64,000 nucleotides of DNA from the human T2T-CHM13v2.0 reference genome, Homo sapiens, in the NCBI RefSeq assembly GCF_009914755.1, contig NC_060935.1. One strand, given 5' to 3'. The notes below the pieces were generated by a model that made no database searches, had not been told where the DNA came from, and saw only the letters and a program-made list of their open reading frames with translations. Both the position numbers and the translations under genes were made by a program. This document shows, one piece after another, positions 1 through 15,921 of the stretch. Positions within the stretch are counted from its first letter, which is position 1; every line of letters starts with the position of its first letter.

Positions 1-39
1 ATCCTTGACCCGGCAGTTCCATTTCTATGATGAAAATGT

Positions 40-250
40 GGCACTATTATTGTGTACCAGACACTGTTTTACTTTACATGAAATAACTCATTTAATCTTC
101 ACAACATCTCTATGAGGTAGATACTACTATTTACTATTATCCAATTTTATGAATGCAGAAACTGAGACAGAAAAATTAAGTAACTTGTCTAAAGCCAGAA
201 CTACTAGGAGGCAAAACCAAGAATCAAGCTCAGACTATGTGGCTCCATCC
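40..250 (-). mobile_element. MIR SINE fragment
   Basis: Reverse complement of MIR core (ctcatttaatcttcacaac...gaaactgagacag...aagtaacttgtctaa). Confidence 0.75.
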
Positions 251-263
251 CACACTTTATCTA

Positions 264-417
264 TTTTTGTAGAAATGGGGTCCCACTCTGTCACCTAGGC
301 TAGAGTACAGTAGTGCAATCATAGCTCACTGGAACCTCAAATTCCTGGTTTGAAATGATCCTCCCACCTCAGCCTCCCAACTTGCTGGGATTACAGGAGT
401 GAGCCACCACATCTAGC
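264..417 (-). mobile_element. Alu monomer (FRAM/AluJ-type)
   Basis: Alu arm sequence flanked by a CATCCCACACTT direct repeat (about 246-257 and 419-430). Confidence 0.8.
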
Positions 418-669
418 TCATCCCACACTTCTAACTTTTCTACTACTAAAATTTACTGCCTCTCTATTTGATCCTGAGAAATTAAAAATCAATGCAAAAA
501 TCTGGCTAGAACAATTCATCACAGCACTATTTATAACAGCAAAAATTTGGAAATAACAAAATTATCTAACCATGAGATTAACTGATAAATTTATTTACTT
601 TAAATTATATATTAAAATGATAAAAACATTTTGTAGTTAATAAAAATTGATGTTATGTTTTATATATAC

Positions 670-1100
670 AAAGTTGTCCCTGGAATAACTCAAGGGTTAG
701 ATGCACCAACCCCTGTGCAGTCAAAAATCTACATATAACTTATGACTCCCCAAAAAACTTTACTACTAATAGCCTACTCTTGACCAGAAGCCTTACAGAT
801 AACATAAATGGTAGATTAATACATATTGTTAATGTTTATATGTATTATATAATGTATTCTACAATAAAGCAGACTAGAGAAAAGAAAATGTTATTAATAA
901 AATCATAAGAAAACACAGTTACTATTAAGTGGAAGCAGATCATCACAAAGGTCTTCATCCTTATTGTCCTCATGTTGAGTAGGCTGAGGAGGAGGAAGAG
1001 GAAGGGTTATTCTTGCTGTCTCAAGGGTAGCAGAGGCAGAAAAAAATGTGTATAAGTGGACCAACGCAGTTCAAATCCATGTTGTTGAAGAGTCAACTGT
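670..1100 (-). mobile_element. Tigger2a/MER28 DNA transposon
   Basis: Ends in ...ttgaagagtcaactg-TA; internal gttgagtaggctgaggaggagg and ctaatagcctactcttgacc match the remembered MER28 consensus. Confidence 0.75.
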
Positions 1101-1145
1101 ATATAGAACATGGAAAGCTTCCAATAACATGCAGATAAGTTTTAA

Positions 1146-1522
<377 letters not shown>

Positions 1523-1691
1523 TTAATTATACATATATACGTATATGGATGCACACAAAAATCTCTGGAAATACATATGTTAAAATGTCAGCAGTATGCC
1601 ACTTCTTACCCACTGGAGTGGTTATGATCAAAAAGACAGAATAACAAGGGAGTAGCAATTGCAAAACCAAGGACAGCAATCTTGATTCTTT

Positions 1692-2778
1692 TTTTTTTTT
1701 TTTTTGAAGTTAAGAATTCTTTTAGGTTGTAATATTTTCATGTTAGTTTTTAATCATTTACAATGTTCTGTGGGTCACATTTTAAACATTTTTAAATATA
1801 TGAAATTCTGTATTTCTTTAAGTACAGCCACAACTACAAAGCAGAGAAACGTAAGAATACAAAAATCAAATCTGCTTCATTTATATACACGATGGGGCAG
1901 CCTAATGCACATCATAACATTAACTTTTCCAAAGAAGTTTGCTAAGAATCTGCTCCCATAATTAGTGTTAAAAATAAAGCAATCTTCCCATTTAGAAAAA
2001 TCAAGACATCAGTTGATTAATAAAGCCTATTCTTCCTCCCAGCAATTTGTACTTTCTGGTCTTCATTTAGGAATTATAAATTCATGAGAAAAGAACAAAT
2101 TTTTTATGGAATAAATAACTTCCAGGAACAACAGTTTATAAGTATTCAGTTGTTTAAATAAACAAAACTATTTTCCTTCCTAAAATGTAAACATCCAGTA
2201 AATGAAACATACATGATATTCCAGGTATAGAAATCTTAGTAACTCACTTATGAAAGAGGTGCATTTTGGTATGTTTGGTGGTAAGGTTTTTGTTTATCTT
2301 ATGTATAAAAGTACTTGCACAAAAAAACAAGCAGTTATTACTATTTAAAATTCTATTCCTTCACCCAGTTTTCTCACTCAAGTAGAAACTCATGAATATC
2401 TGTGATTTTGGCTATAGGACCAGGCCACAGGAAAGGGCTGAAATATCTCTAAAAGTTAGGTAAAAGTGTTTTCTTGAGACTTGAAGGCAGTCATTCATCA
2501 CTTTGTGCTTGAAGGCATTCCTCAGCAAACTTCTCTCGAGTCTTCAGAGTAAAGCACAGGATCTAGGCTCCCGGAAGGGGTTACTTCCAGCTGGAACACC
2601 CACCAGCAGGGCATCCTTGCAGGCATTCTGCATACAGTACTGTTGAAGCTCTGCAGCTGCCTGAGAGACCTTGATCCTCTCCACGCCAGCCTCCAACTTG
2701 AGCTGCTCTACCAAGAGCTGCAGGGCGCTCGCGCTAGCCCCGGAGGACATGGCGGCGGCGCTGGGCTCCTAGGGGCTG
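1692..2778 (-). pseudogene. GNG10P1: Processed GNG10 retrocopy (short 5'UTR, CDS, about 840-nt 3'UTR, poly(A))
   Basis: Intronless. Poly(T) at 1689-1705 on +. TSD CAGCAATCTTGATTCTTT at 1674-1691 and 2779-2796. ATTAAA on minus at 1749-1754. Symbol is from memory. Confidence 0.92.
2544..2750 (-). CDS. Intact G-protein gamma-10 ORF within the retrocopy (68 aa, C-terminal CaaX CALL); expression unknown
   Basis: [68 protein letters not shown] matches remembered human GNG10 except L for R at residue 12. Start context gccgccgccATG. Confidence 0.6.
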   Translation of the reverse strand: MSSGASASALQLLVEQLKLEAGVERIKVSQAAAELQQYCMQNACKDALLVGVPAGSNPFREPRSCALL

Positions 2779-2998
2779 CAGCAATCTTGATTCTTTAGGA
2801 GAATGACAAGTCGTTCACTGTAACTAAGGCTTACTTACTTGCTAGTTACCAGTTACTCACACAATTTCCTTAAGTCTTGCAACAATTTCTTCAATAACTT
2901 CAAACCTCATGAGCCACAAGTACAAACAACCCTGGGCAAACACGGTGATTTCACCATACCATTTCTTTAAAATTATTCATTAAAAATAAAAAATACCA

Positions 2999-3277
2999 GG
3001 CCAGGCACACTGGCTTACGCCTGTAATCCCAGCACTACCAAAGTGCGAACTCACCAGTTCAAGACCAGCCAGGGCAACACGGCAAAACCCCGTCTCTACT
3101 AAAAATACAAAAATTAGCCAGGCATGGTGGCATGTGCCTGTAGTCCCAGCTACTTGGAAGGCTGAGATTGGCTTGAGCCTGGGAAGCAGAGGCTGCAGTG
3201 GGCTGTGATGATACCACTGCACTCCAGCCTGGGCAACAGAGCCAGACCTTGTCTTAAAATAATAATAATAATAATAA
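2999..3277 (+). mobile_element. Alu (J-like, internally deleted) with (AAT)n tail
   Basis: ggccaggcacactggcttacgcctgtaatcccagc... through to the tail. Confidence 0.85.
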
Positions 3278-3280
3278 CAT

Positions 3281-3649
<369 letters not shown>

Positions 3650-4750
3650 TTAGTTTTTGAATTATTTGATAACTAATTATTCTGTTTAATTATTAGTAGA
3701 AAGAACAGACCCATTGTACAAAAGGGAGTCAAATGAAAGGGATAGGACAAGCTTTCAGAAATCATTACTTCAACTTAATTGCACAAGTTAAATCAGCCCA
3801 GGATCTAGATGTTTTTGAACTCGAATTACTGTTTTTTAAAAAATTGCTTCAACATTCATGCTTACTAAGTAATAAAAATTGTATCATTATTTGTTCAGAT
3901 TAAAATCAAACAGAAAAGACTACAATGAATCAATTAAAAATAAATATGAGCACATGCTTCTAAAGAACTTATTTTTCTTTTAGAAGAAACAGAAAATATA
4001 AAGCTTATTTAGCTGTGCTTTGATTTGTGTATGAATGTTATGACCATGTTTCTAGGTAACATCAAAGTTTTGTCAATGCTAGGACCATGGGTGGCAAACA
4101 GGTACAAAAACAAAGATGTCCCTTCCCACACTGCTGTATGTGTGTATCTCTTCTTCTTGTGCTAAATTATAATGTAGCAGACCAGTTAGTGCTGTAGTTT
4201 AAGGCCTTGGATAAGAAATGGAATATCTCCTGAAGCATAGCCCTGATATCAATCATACAGAAAAGAAACAGACATTTGGATGGAAAACTGGAACCAGGAA
4301 AATGGACCTCATTAGATAGACCTGACAGGAATAGGTTGTCTGTCTTGCCACCATCTAGGGCCTAGACTTAAGGAAACATGCTGAAAGGCAAGATGACCTT
4401 CATCATATGATGGCAGACCACAAACTAGGCAGGGTGGAATCCCTTTAGGAGACTACAGACTGAAAAGGAGGAAACTATACCTTGCAAACCAGACTACTGA
4501 CTTAAAAGTTATTCTCTGGTTTCATTATCTTTTTATTTTTAACCTTTAGAAAAGTTTTATTTCACTGCTGCAGCTTTGCCTCAGCAAATAAAAGTATGAA
4601 TGATTTGGCAGTGGGAGTTAGGCCAGAATGTTAAGAAAAAGTGGCACTCCATGAGATCACTGGAGAAATAGAAGAACTGGAGCTTTGAGTTCAAGCCAAT
4701 CCTTCCCATACAGAGGCAGGCGCTCCTTCCGCTGTCAACCTTGGAGGACT

Positions 4751-5372
<622 letters not shown>

Positions 5373-7439
5373 TTTAACAAGTATGTATTACTACTGTAAG
5401 TAAAACAGTTTAGCACAGGCACGTCAGTGGAAGCAATATGCAAATGAATATGCAGAAGCATGCACCAGAAATATGCAGCAGAACCACCACCATCCTGGTT
5501 ATGAATTAAAAGTAAAAACTGGGTAGAAAAATAGATGAGCAGAGTTTCCAAATCACATGGACACCTGAACTCAATAGCCAGGGAGAAAGGATCAGTCCAG
5601 AAACTAAGTCCATAAGGAGGTAAAGTCAAATGTGAGTAAAACAAAACACAGTTTATAGAGAAAGGAGACCGAGAAAAGAGAGAGAAGAGAAAAAAAAGAA
5701 AGAGAGAACACCAGACAATCAATCTGAAAGCAAAGGCAATTAACCTGGTTCCTTTGAGAGCCAGAACTTTTCCCAAGGTGTTACCCCCATTTGTGCTTGT
5801 AACTATAAAAGCACAATATGGCTTTAAAAGTCTTTAGTGGCAAAACTCTAAATTCTAAGACCAAAGTATATTTGATTCTCTGTTGGAGCATCTTGACGGG
5901 TATGACACCCATCTCCGCATGACTTCCTACTTACACAAGATAAAACTAAAATATTTTAAGTTATTTGTAGGATGTACTGAATACTGTTTTACTATTCGTG
6001 TTCTTAGTTTCTACAGTAAAATACATGTATACCTTACAAAACTAAAATTGCTTTTTACTTACATGACTTTTCATTAACTTGTATTCTACGGTTTAACATT
6101 CTTTCATTAATTTAAAAAAAAAAAAAAAAGTATCCCAATCCTCCTCATTTCCAAGGCTGCAACAGAATCTTAAAACAAAACAAAAAAACCAATACACTAG
6201 AAGGAGTAAAACAAAAACTGCTTCTTGGGGAACAATTCATTGTTTCAAAATAAATATTTTAACAAAAAATTCTATAGGCTCTATCCATTTTTAATCATAC
6301 CTACCAGTGAGAGTCTACTAGGTGACTTCTTAAGTCAACATTTAAGAGTGGGGAAAAAAATGTGATGTTTCATTGCTGTCTCTAAATTTATGTGGTATTC
6401 ATAACACTACAGATTACAACATGCTATACAGGTTTCAACATTTGAAAATTCTCTGGAGTTGTAATCATAGTTAAAAGCAAAGCATTAAATTCAAGAAGCT
6501 TGAAAAAAAGCAATGTTTTCTGAGAATGATCTTTTAACAGTGGTCAATTTGCATAGTTTTTTACTTTCTACAAAATACTTTACTGATGAGGGGAAAAATT
6601 ATTTTCTACCATAATTAGGAATCTGGACTTAACCTGTTATGCCAAAAACAGCAACCATACTTTGCAACAAAAAAAATTTTCAAAAGCATTTTCAATCTTC
6701 CTGACTACCAAAGTTTCCACTACCAAAAGTGAAAACACTTTTAAACCTTCCTGTGTAACAAGTTTTAAATTTTCTTTTATTTATTTGTATCAATTTTCTC
6801 ACCTGTGGCTGCCAAAATATCAAGAATTTCAACTCCAGAGAAGGAGGACAGAAGAAACACAATGTAAAGTGGTTGGCCTAGTAAAATAGTTGGAAAAAAA
6901 ACTGTTTTGGCTGCTCTAATATAATCTTCATTTATTACTCATTAGTTCTCTTCTTATGGTCCCAATATTCCAGCCAAATTGAGAATCTACTCACTGTTTA
7001 TCAATTCAGTGCCTTTGCCACTACTCATCTCCACCTCCCAGTCCCCACAATGTATTTATAGACAAAAGTTTTGATTTAAAGCCAGAAAACTGGGTTCAAG
7101 TTTCATTTAATCCCTTTTAATTCCATTCATGATCAGTATGAACATGGACAAATTATTTTACCTTTATGCACCTTCAAGGATAACTCAGTGTAACCATGAA
7201 GAGTCAATGCAATAATGTGAACACACTCAATTTTTTTAAATGAATGAAGATTCAATCTGATAGTCTCTGCTTGTAAAACAAGTGTATAGAGAAATGTAGG
7301 CTGTGACACTAGATCCCAAGAAAGTATCTACTGGTTGTTATCAATATAATAATATGGAGAAAACAGGTGGCACTAGTAATTTAAAGTTAGAACAAGGAAC
7401 ACAACACAAATTTAAGCCTTTCTTAAAACTGTGTAAAAC

Positions 7440-7772
7440 AGGCTCGGTACAATGGCTCATGCCTGTAATATCAGCACTTTGGGAGGCCAAGGCAGGAGGA
7501 TTCCTTGAGGCCAGGGGTTCCAGGCCAGCCTGGTGAACATAGGGAGACCCCATCTCTACAAAAAACTTTAAAAAGATAGTGCCACTGCACTCCTGCCTGG
7601 GCAACAGAGCGAGACCCCATCTCAAAAAAAAAAAAAAAAAAAAAAAAGGCCTGTAATCTCAGCACTTTGGGAGGCCAAGGCGGGCAGATCGCTTGAGCCC
7701 GGGAGTTTGAGACCAGCCTAGGCATCACAAAGACTCTGTCTCTAAACAAACAAACAAACAAACAAACAAAAA
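7440..7772 (+). mobile_element. Two truncated Alu/FLAM pieces with A and (AAAC)n tails
   Basis: Alu left arm fused to the 3' end at 7440-7647; monomer at 7649-7772. Confidence 0.8.
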
Positions 7773-8037
7773 ATCATGCAAAGCTATGTATCTGTCTTCC
7801 AAGGAATTCTGAATTTTCTACAGCTTATTTTTCAATGAAGTATTTAGAGTGGATGCTGATTTAACTTGTAATGTTGTGGGAGTGATTCCTATTTCATATG
7901 TTTGGCTTTTTGAATAATTTTGTTTGTTGCAAAATTGTTTTTAAAAAATTAAGCCTATTTAGCACTGTTCTATCCAGATAGATTTCCTAATATTTACAAA
8001 CTACTATTATTATAATAACTGCATGAACCATTGTGTT

Positions 8038-8480
8038 TGTGGTGAGTTGAATAGCGTTGTCCAAAAATTCACGTCCATCAGAATCTCATAATGTGACTTT
8101 ATTTGGAAACAGGGTCTTTGCAGATATAGTTAAGGATCTTCTGATGAAAATTATCATGGATTTAGGGTGAGCCCTAAATCCAATGATTAGCATCTTTATA
8201 AAAGAAAAGAAAGGGAGATTTGGACACAGTAACAGAGAATGCGGCCATGTGATGACAGAGAAAGAGATCAGAGTTATGCTACCACCAATCAAGGAGCCCC
8301 TGGGGCCACCAGATGCTGGAAGAGGGAAAGGAAGGATCCTTCCCTAAATCCTTCAGAGAGACTGAGGCCCTCCTGTCACCTTAACTTCAGACTTCTAGTC
8401 TCCAGAATTGTGAGAGAATGGTGTTTGTTTTAAATCACGAGTTTGTAGTAATTTGTTATGGCAACCCCAAGAAACTAGCA
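8038..8480 (+). mobile_element. MaLR LTR (MLT1B/C-type)
   Basis: aatgtgactttatttggaaacagggtctttgcagat...atttgttatggcaaccccaagaaacta. Confidence 0.8.
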
Positions 8481-9001
8481 GAGTGTTGGAGCTTAACTAA
8501 GCACTATTGTTTAAACATTTTAAAGTGAGAATTCTCTGTACTTCCCTGCAATAGTATTAATTTTCCCAAAAGACCCAAACTTTTTTATCTTCTTAGTTAA
8601 CAATCTTTTTGTTCCTATACTCTAGATCAATCTATACTGTTTGAAATTCATTTAAACTTAAGCAGTTATGTGAAATATTTCCCTAGGCAAAATTAGTTTT
8701 TAATTTTCTTTCAAGTAAACAATGAAACCTACAGCTATAACTAAAAACTTATGAAAAATTTTATGATGAAGACATTGATAAGTATATGGGAAAATAAAAT
8801 TATCAACTTATAAAAGTTATATTTGCCTTCGCAATGTAAATTATGGTAATAACAATTTTAAATAAATAACTTTTACTCAATAAACAACTGCATAACCAAC
8901 CCCAAAAATTTCGAGAGCTCAGCAATAATAGGATATTAAATCTTATAATATTTAATGATCTCAGTTCTGACCATAATAATGTTTTAAAATTAAGAAATAC
9001 T

Positions 9002-9310
9002 GGCAGGGCGCAGAGGCTCATGTCTGTAATCCCAGCACTTTGGGAGGCCAAGGCGGGTGGATTACCTGAGGTCAGGAGTTTGAGATCAGTCCGGCCAACA
9101 TGGTGAAACCCTGTCTCTACTAAAAATACAAAAATATTAGCCGGGCATGGTGGCAGGCGCCTGTAATCCCAGCTACTTGGGAGGTTGAGGCAGGAGAATA
9201 GCTTGAATCGGGGAGGCAGAGGTTGCAGTGAGCTGAGACCGAGCCCCATTGCACTCCAGCCTGGGCAACAAGAACGAAACTCCATCTCAATAAAAAAAAA
9301 AAAAAAAGAA
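9002..9310 (+). mobile_element. AluS
   Basis: Full-length Alu with A tail. Confidence 0.9.
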
Positions 9311-9462
9311 ATACAATTCCAGCAACACAATGATTTAATCAATGCCTTCACTTTCCTAACAGTTTTTAATAAAAATGATCTTTATCATATTGGGCATAAC
9401 AACCTATAATATACAAATTAACCTACAATTAGGAAATAAAACTATTCAAAAAGTTATTTCAA

Positions 9463-9933
<471 letters not shown>

Positions 9934-10147
9934 TTATTTCAAGAGGTTAGGTCTCTTGGAATTCATTATTTAGATACTAGTACCTAAAATTTAAAAGCTT
10001 ACCCTGAAACTTCTTGGCACATATCACCACTATCTTTTCCTAATACCTCCCTGTCTGTTAGTGCTAAGTTTACCTGTAGATTTCCAGTTCTATTATATGC
10101 CTACGTGACCTGTCACCTCCCACAGTGTCCTTACACCTGATCAGTGA

Positions 10148-10450
<303 letters not shown>

Positions 10451-10494
10451 CGATCAGTGATGTTTTAATGTGCATCATTATAGAACACAGTTTT

Positions 10495-10712
10495 CAGTAT
10501 CGTTTATCTGAAATGTTTGGCATCAGAATTGTTTCAGGATTCTTTTGGATTTTTAAGTATTTGCATTATACTTACTGGTTGAGTATCCCTAATTCAAAAA
10601 TCCGAAATCCAAAATGCTCTAATGAGCATTTCCTTTGAATGTCATATCAGTGCTCAAAAAGTTTCAGATTTCAGAGTATTTCAGATTTTCAGATTAGGGA
10701 TACTCAACCTGT
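10495..10712. mobile_element. Tigger4a/MER46 (Zombi) DNA transposon
   Basis: ggttgagtatccctaattcaaaaatccgaaatcc ... gattagggatactcaacctg-TA inverted termini. Confidence 0.75.
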
Positions 10713-12049
10713 ATCTCCAAGATTAACGAAATGACAATTTTAGTTTCCAAAGTACATACTCTTTAGAAGGGATGACTAAGAGCTGGACTGATATATTTGT
10801 ATCCCAAATACATGTGCTTGAGACCCCCACAACATAAGGAACTTTATTCCTATACATACTATCCCCACTTTCTCCAGCATCAACTGTTCTCATTCCATTG
10901 ATTTCCACTCTTCTACCTTTAAAATGGTCACATCTATTCCATACATTTTTAAAAACTCTCACTGGATCTTACTAAGTCTGCAATTTAATTCAACAAACAT
11001 GTTACTGAGAGCAATAATAAGCCAGGCAACTCTGGGATACAAAAAATAGTCTTTTTACCCTGAAGAATAGGCATTCAAAGTTTTCCAACCAGATACTCTT
11101 ACCTCTCAAAATCAGATTACTGAAACAAATCATCTTAATATGCTGCCTCTACTTCTTATTCTTTATCCTACTAAAATTCTGCAATATGGTTTACAATACA
11201 ACATTCCAGCTGAAACAATCTGGGCTAAAACTACCCTTGATACAGCATGGTGTACTGCAGTATGGGCATGAGAAAACTTCTATTACAAGATTTGCCACTC
11301 AATAGCTGTGTAACTACTCACAGGTAACAACTGGGGATTGGGGGTGGGGGAGGCGGGCAGCCTTCACTGGTTTCTCCTTACCCAAAAATTGGACAGATAT
11401 AGATTATGTGTACAGTTAACTTTCGGCCCTAAAGTTTTATGAAATGCAAAGCTTTTCATTAACTCCTTATCTCACTGATCGCTATCTGCCACACCTGACA
11501 CTAAGAAATATTCCTTCACTTTCTATGACTTTTCTGATCTCGCCTTCTTCTGTGTATCTGGATTCAGATTACCCACATGAAGCAATAAACTCAGATTTAT
11601 AATGGTTTAAACATGTAAGATTATAGCCTTTCATGTCAAAATAAATAAATAATTTAAAAATTCATATTAAAATAATAAAATAAATCCAGAGGGTAGCTAT
11701 CCAGGTCTGCTATGACAATCCCACTATAAGTCATTAGGGACTCAGGTTCTTTCTAGCTTTTTGCTCTGATATACCTAGGGTTTGGGCCTTACCTACTTGG
11801 CCCAAGATGGCTGCTGGGGCTGCAGCCTTCATATCAGAATGCCAGTCTTAGGAAAAAGAAAAGCTAGGAAGGCATACCCTCATCCTTTAAGAACACTTAT
11901 AGGATACTGCATTCATCATTTCCACTTACATCCAACTGACCAGAACTTATTCACATGTTTATAGCTGTCAGAAACTTGAAACAGTCTCTCTTATGCATGT
12001 CCACATGATTATTCAAAACCATCAAGGAGAAGAATCGCCATGGAGGAGA

Positions 12050-13770
12050 ACCAAATGTCTCTTCCAAACTCTCCAAACCCTTCTGTGGTTCCTTTTCTTT
12101 TACATCCTCTTACCAATAGTGTTCCCCAAAGCTTGGTTCTCGGTACTTTATTCTTCTGTCTCTATGCCAACTTCTTGGGAACACCTACACAATTTCACAA
12201 CTCTATATACTCTAATGACTCTCAAGTCTTTGTACCCAGTCCCTACCTGTCCCATCTTTTGAAGTCTCCACTTGGATAGCTGCAAAATAAACACCATTCT
12301 ATGTCAATCCCACAAACACAAATGAGTAACTTTAAAAGAAAAACATTCTCAATCTTCCAATTTAAGTCATAACATCACAAGTACCCCCAGACCTCCAGGT
12401 CTGCAATTTTGAAGTTGCCTCTGACTCCTCTTTCCATTTTCAACAAGCCATGAGTTGCAGGTCATATTGAACTTCTAAAAAGAAATGAAACAAACTAGAC
12501 TACATGAGGTTTATACAGCATATGACTTGGGGCATGTATTCATCAAAATGACTATGGCCCCCACAACTCTACTATAATGTTCGAAAGTTATCCTAATTAT
12601 TAAATCCATAAGCCTATTTTTAGTCCTTATTATACATGACATTTTCAGCACATTTGACATTTGTTATTTCCTCCTCCTTGAAATTCTATATACCCAGGGT
12701 TTTCCATGATACCATATCATGCTATCTTGGTTCTTTTGCAATACCTCTGACTACTCCTATTTAGTTTCCAGGCTGCCACTGCTTTATCTACCTTTTGAAT
12801 ATTGATTTTTCTCTGAGTACAATTCTGAGGCCACTCTTTTTTTCACTCTTGCACATTTCCTAGGCAATCTCACATTTTTCTTCATATTTGACAATCAGCT
12901 GGCTACTGACAATTGCCAAGTTAAATCTCACTTTTCTCCTTACCTCCTGACTCACATGTCTAAACACCTAAATGACATCTCTACCTTGATTATAGACCAT
13001 CACCTTTCACTCAGCATTTCCTTCCCTCATCCAAATTCATTTCTTCTCCTGAATTCCCTATTTGTATCCATAGCATCATGACACATATTACCTCTCATCC
13101 ACTCTTTCTACTTTACCCCTCACATTCATTCATTACTAAATTTTACTAATCTGAACTTTCAAATTTCTCTAGCATCCATACCTTCCTTGCCATTTCCACC
13201 ATAAAAACGTTTGAGCTTTCTCATACTGGTCTTTCTCCCTTCAGTTCATTGCCATTTGAGTCACATTTCTATGTTGTTTCTTGCTTTTTAAGAGCTACCA
13301 TTTTTCAACAGACCCCACCATCTATAGAGTCAAGGCTCACCATCTATAGAGTCAAGGCTAAATTCTATAGCCTGATATACAGAGCTTTTCACAATTGTCA
13401 ACCCACTCAAGCATCAAAGCCTACCTCAGTTTCCATCTACTTTCACTTCTCTCCATTCCTGTAACAAGACATTCACATACACACATTTTTCCTCTATGCC
13501 TATAATCTCCTCTATCCTCTTTTTCACATAGCAAATGTTTATGCATACCATACAAATTGGTTTAAATATCACCTCTCATAAGAAGTCTTCTCTTTTTCCC
13601 TCAGTAAAATGGATCCATCCTCTTGAAATAAGCAATTTATCATTACTTATTTCAAGACCTTATCCACTAATGACTAGGTTAGGGATAGAGTTTTAATCTT
13701 TACTCATTTGTATCTAGCCTAGCACTTAGCACAATGCCTGGAAAGCAATAAATAACTGTCAAATCAGTGA
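12050..13770 (+). mobile_element. Degenerate L2 LINE fragments
   Basis: Pyrimidine-rich L2-like text ending in the L2 3' tail motif (gcacttagcacaatgcctgg...aataaat). Confidence 0.5.
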
Positions 13771-14574
13771 ATCCCAAATGGTTCTTGACAGGTGGCAACA
13801 AACAGCAACTAGAAAATACCAACTACTTCAGGGGAGAAAACTCAGGCTATGTATTACAATGGTTTAACAATAATCAATTATCAATTTTTACAATGTCTCA
13901 AAATGTGGTATTTCAGGTGTTATACATAAATTTACATTCTAGCTTGTCTCTCTCATAGTGCTTAAATAAAACTGATTAAATGCCTAAGAAACATGTCGAA
14001 TGTTCTCTAACATACTTAAACAGACTGATATGAAAAAAAACAAGAACTTCAAATAATTAACATAATTGACTCCAGATGAAATACCACCAAGATACATGAA
14101 TTATAAATGTATTAATGGACAGAAGAAATAAAAAAAAGTAAAGGCATATAAAATTAACACAGGTAGTCATTATCAATTTTTCTGGACAAATCTCAGTAAA
14201 AGAAAGTAAAAACAATAAGAAAAATATAGTTGGCTAAATAACTTCACATATTAGAAGCTAATGATATTTCTTAATTATTCTGCCATAGTTCACAGGCAAA
14301 GTCAGAAAAATAAAGTCTTAATTTCAAATTATCAAAATCAAACTATCATAAAAATCAGTGGTTTTCAAGCTATGTTCTCCTCAGCATAACAGCACTATAA
14401 GAACACAAAACTGGAAACAAGGTCCAATAGTAAAGTGACTAAGTTAAAATGAAACACTCAAATGATATAATAATACAGCCACTGGACATTATGTTTTTCT
14501 AAAATTTTATAAAATAACTTATGTCATTAATAGCTTTTAAAAAGATAGTAAGGGTATCTTTCTATCTTCCTTAT

Positions 14575-14930
14575 AGCTTTTTAAATTAAACTTTTAATTT
14601 TGAGATAGTTGCAGATTTACACACAATTGTAAGAATTAATACAGAAACCATATACCCTTTACCCAGTTCCCTCCACTGGTGACGTCTTGCAAAATTAAAT
14701 TACAAAATCACCACCAGGATATCATACAATCCACCAATCTCATTCACATTTCCTCAGTTTTACCTATACTCATTTGTGGTTGTATGTGTGTATTTAGTTC
14801 TATGCAATTTTATCACACATGAAGATATATGTATCCACCACCCAGTCAAAATATAAAACAATTTTATCACCACAAAAATTCCTCCCAATTACCCTTTTAT
14901 AACCACATCCACCTCCCACCCTCCTTTTTT
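14575..14930 (-). mobile_element. Old L1M 3' fragment
   Basis: ttttgagatagttgcagatttacacacaattgtaagaattaatacaga... Confidence 0.6.
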
Positions 14931-15089
14931 ATAGCTTTTTCCCCCATATTTTCAACAACTGTGTGTTCATTCCATGTATCTTCCTTAACTACCTATGATG
15001 TACCAGGCACCCTTCTTTCTATATAATTCAAATAGCATGCATTAACTCTTTTTTCCAGTTTGTAAAAGAAATTTTTCAAAAGACAAGGG

Positions 15090-15416
15090 GTTTTTGCTTT
15101 TGTTTTTGAGACGGGATCTTGTTCCATTACCCAGGCTGGAGTTTGTTCCGTTACCCAGGCTGGAGTACAATGGCAAAAACACAGCTCACTGCAGCCTCGA
15201 CCTCCTGGGCTCAAGTAATGCTCCCACCTCAACCTCCCAAGCAGCTGGGACTACAGGCATGCATCATCACACCTGGCTAATTCATTTTTATGTTTTTTTA
15301 ATTTTTAGTAGAGACAAGGTCTCACTATGTTGCCTAGACTGGTCTCAAATTCCTGGGCACAAGTGATAACCCACCTCAGCCTCCCAATTACAGGTGTGAG
15401 CCAACTGCACCCAGCT
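15090..15416 (-). mobile_element. AluJ with internal 24-bp tandem duplication
   Basis: ttgttcc(a/g)ttacccaggctggagt occurs twice at 15119-15166. Confidence 0.85.
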
Positions 15417-15531
15417 GACAAGAGTTTTTTTTTTTTAATCCAATTATAAAATATAAATATTTAAAAATTCAACTGCAAGTATTGTTAATTGAAAAGACAC
15501 TTTAGGAACAAAAATAAAGAGTGTATCATTT

Positions 15532-15805
15532 GGCCAGTGAGGTGACTCACGGCTGTAATCCCAGTGCTTTGGGAAGTTCAGGCAAAAGGACTGCTTGAGG
15601 CCAGGAGTTCAACACCAGCCTGGGTAACATGGTGAAACCCCATCTCTACAAAAAATAAGAAAATTAGCCAGGCATGGTGGCGTGCACCTGTAGTCCCAGC
15701 TACTCGGCAGGCTGAGGTGGGAAGATGAACTGAGCCTGGGAGATCAAGGCTTCAGTAAACTGTGATTGTGCGACTGCCTTCCTGCCTGGTCAACAGAGTG
15801 AGACG
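15532..15805 (+). mobile_element. AluJ followed by a GA-rich tract
   Basis: Alu dimer sequence. Confidence 0.85.
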
Positions 15806-15921
15806 AAAGGAAAGGAAAAAGAGAAGGGAAGGCAAGAGAAGGAAGAGAGGGGAGAGGGGAGGAAAAAGGGAGGGAGGGACAGACTTTCTAGAATTAGAAA
15901 AAAAAAAAATCTCAATAATAC

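Noticed and set aside
2751-2800. In-frame SBF2 exon 1-GNG10 fusion through AGs upstream of the retrocopy ATG
   Set aside because: Of the five AGs I checked, four are out of frame for a phase-1 donor and the in-frame one (exon start 2785) meets a TAG before the ATG.
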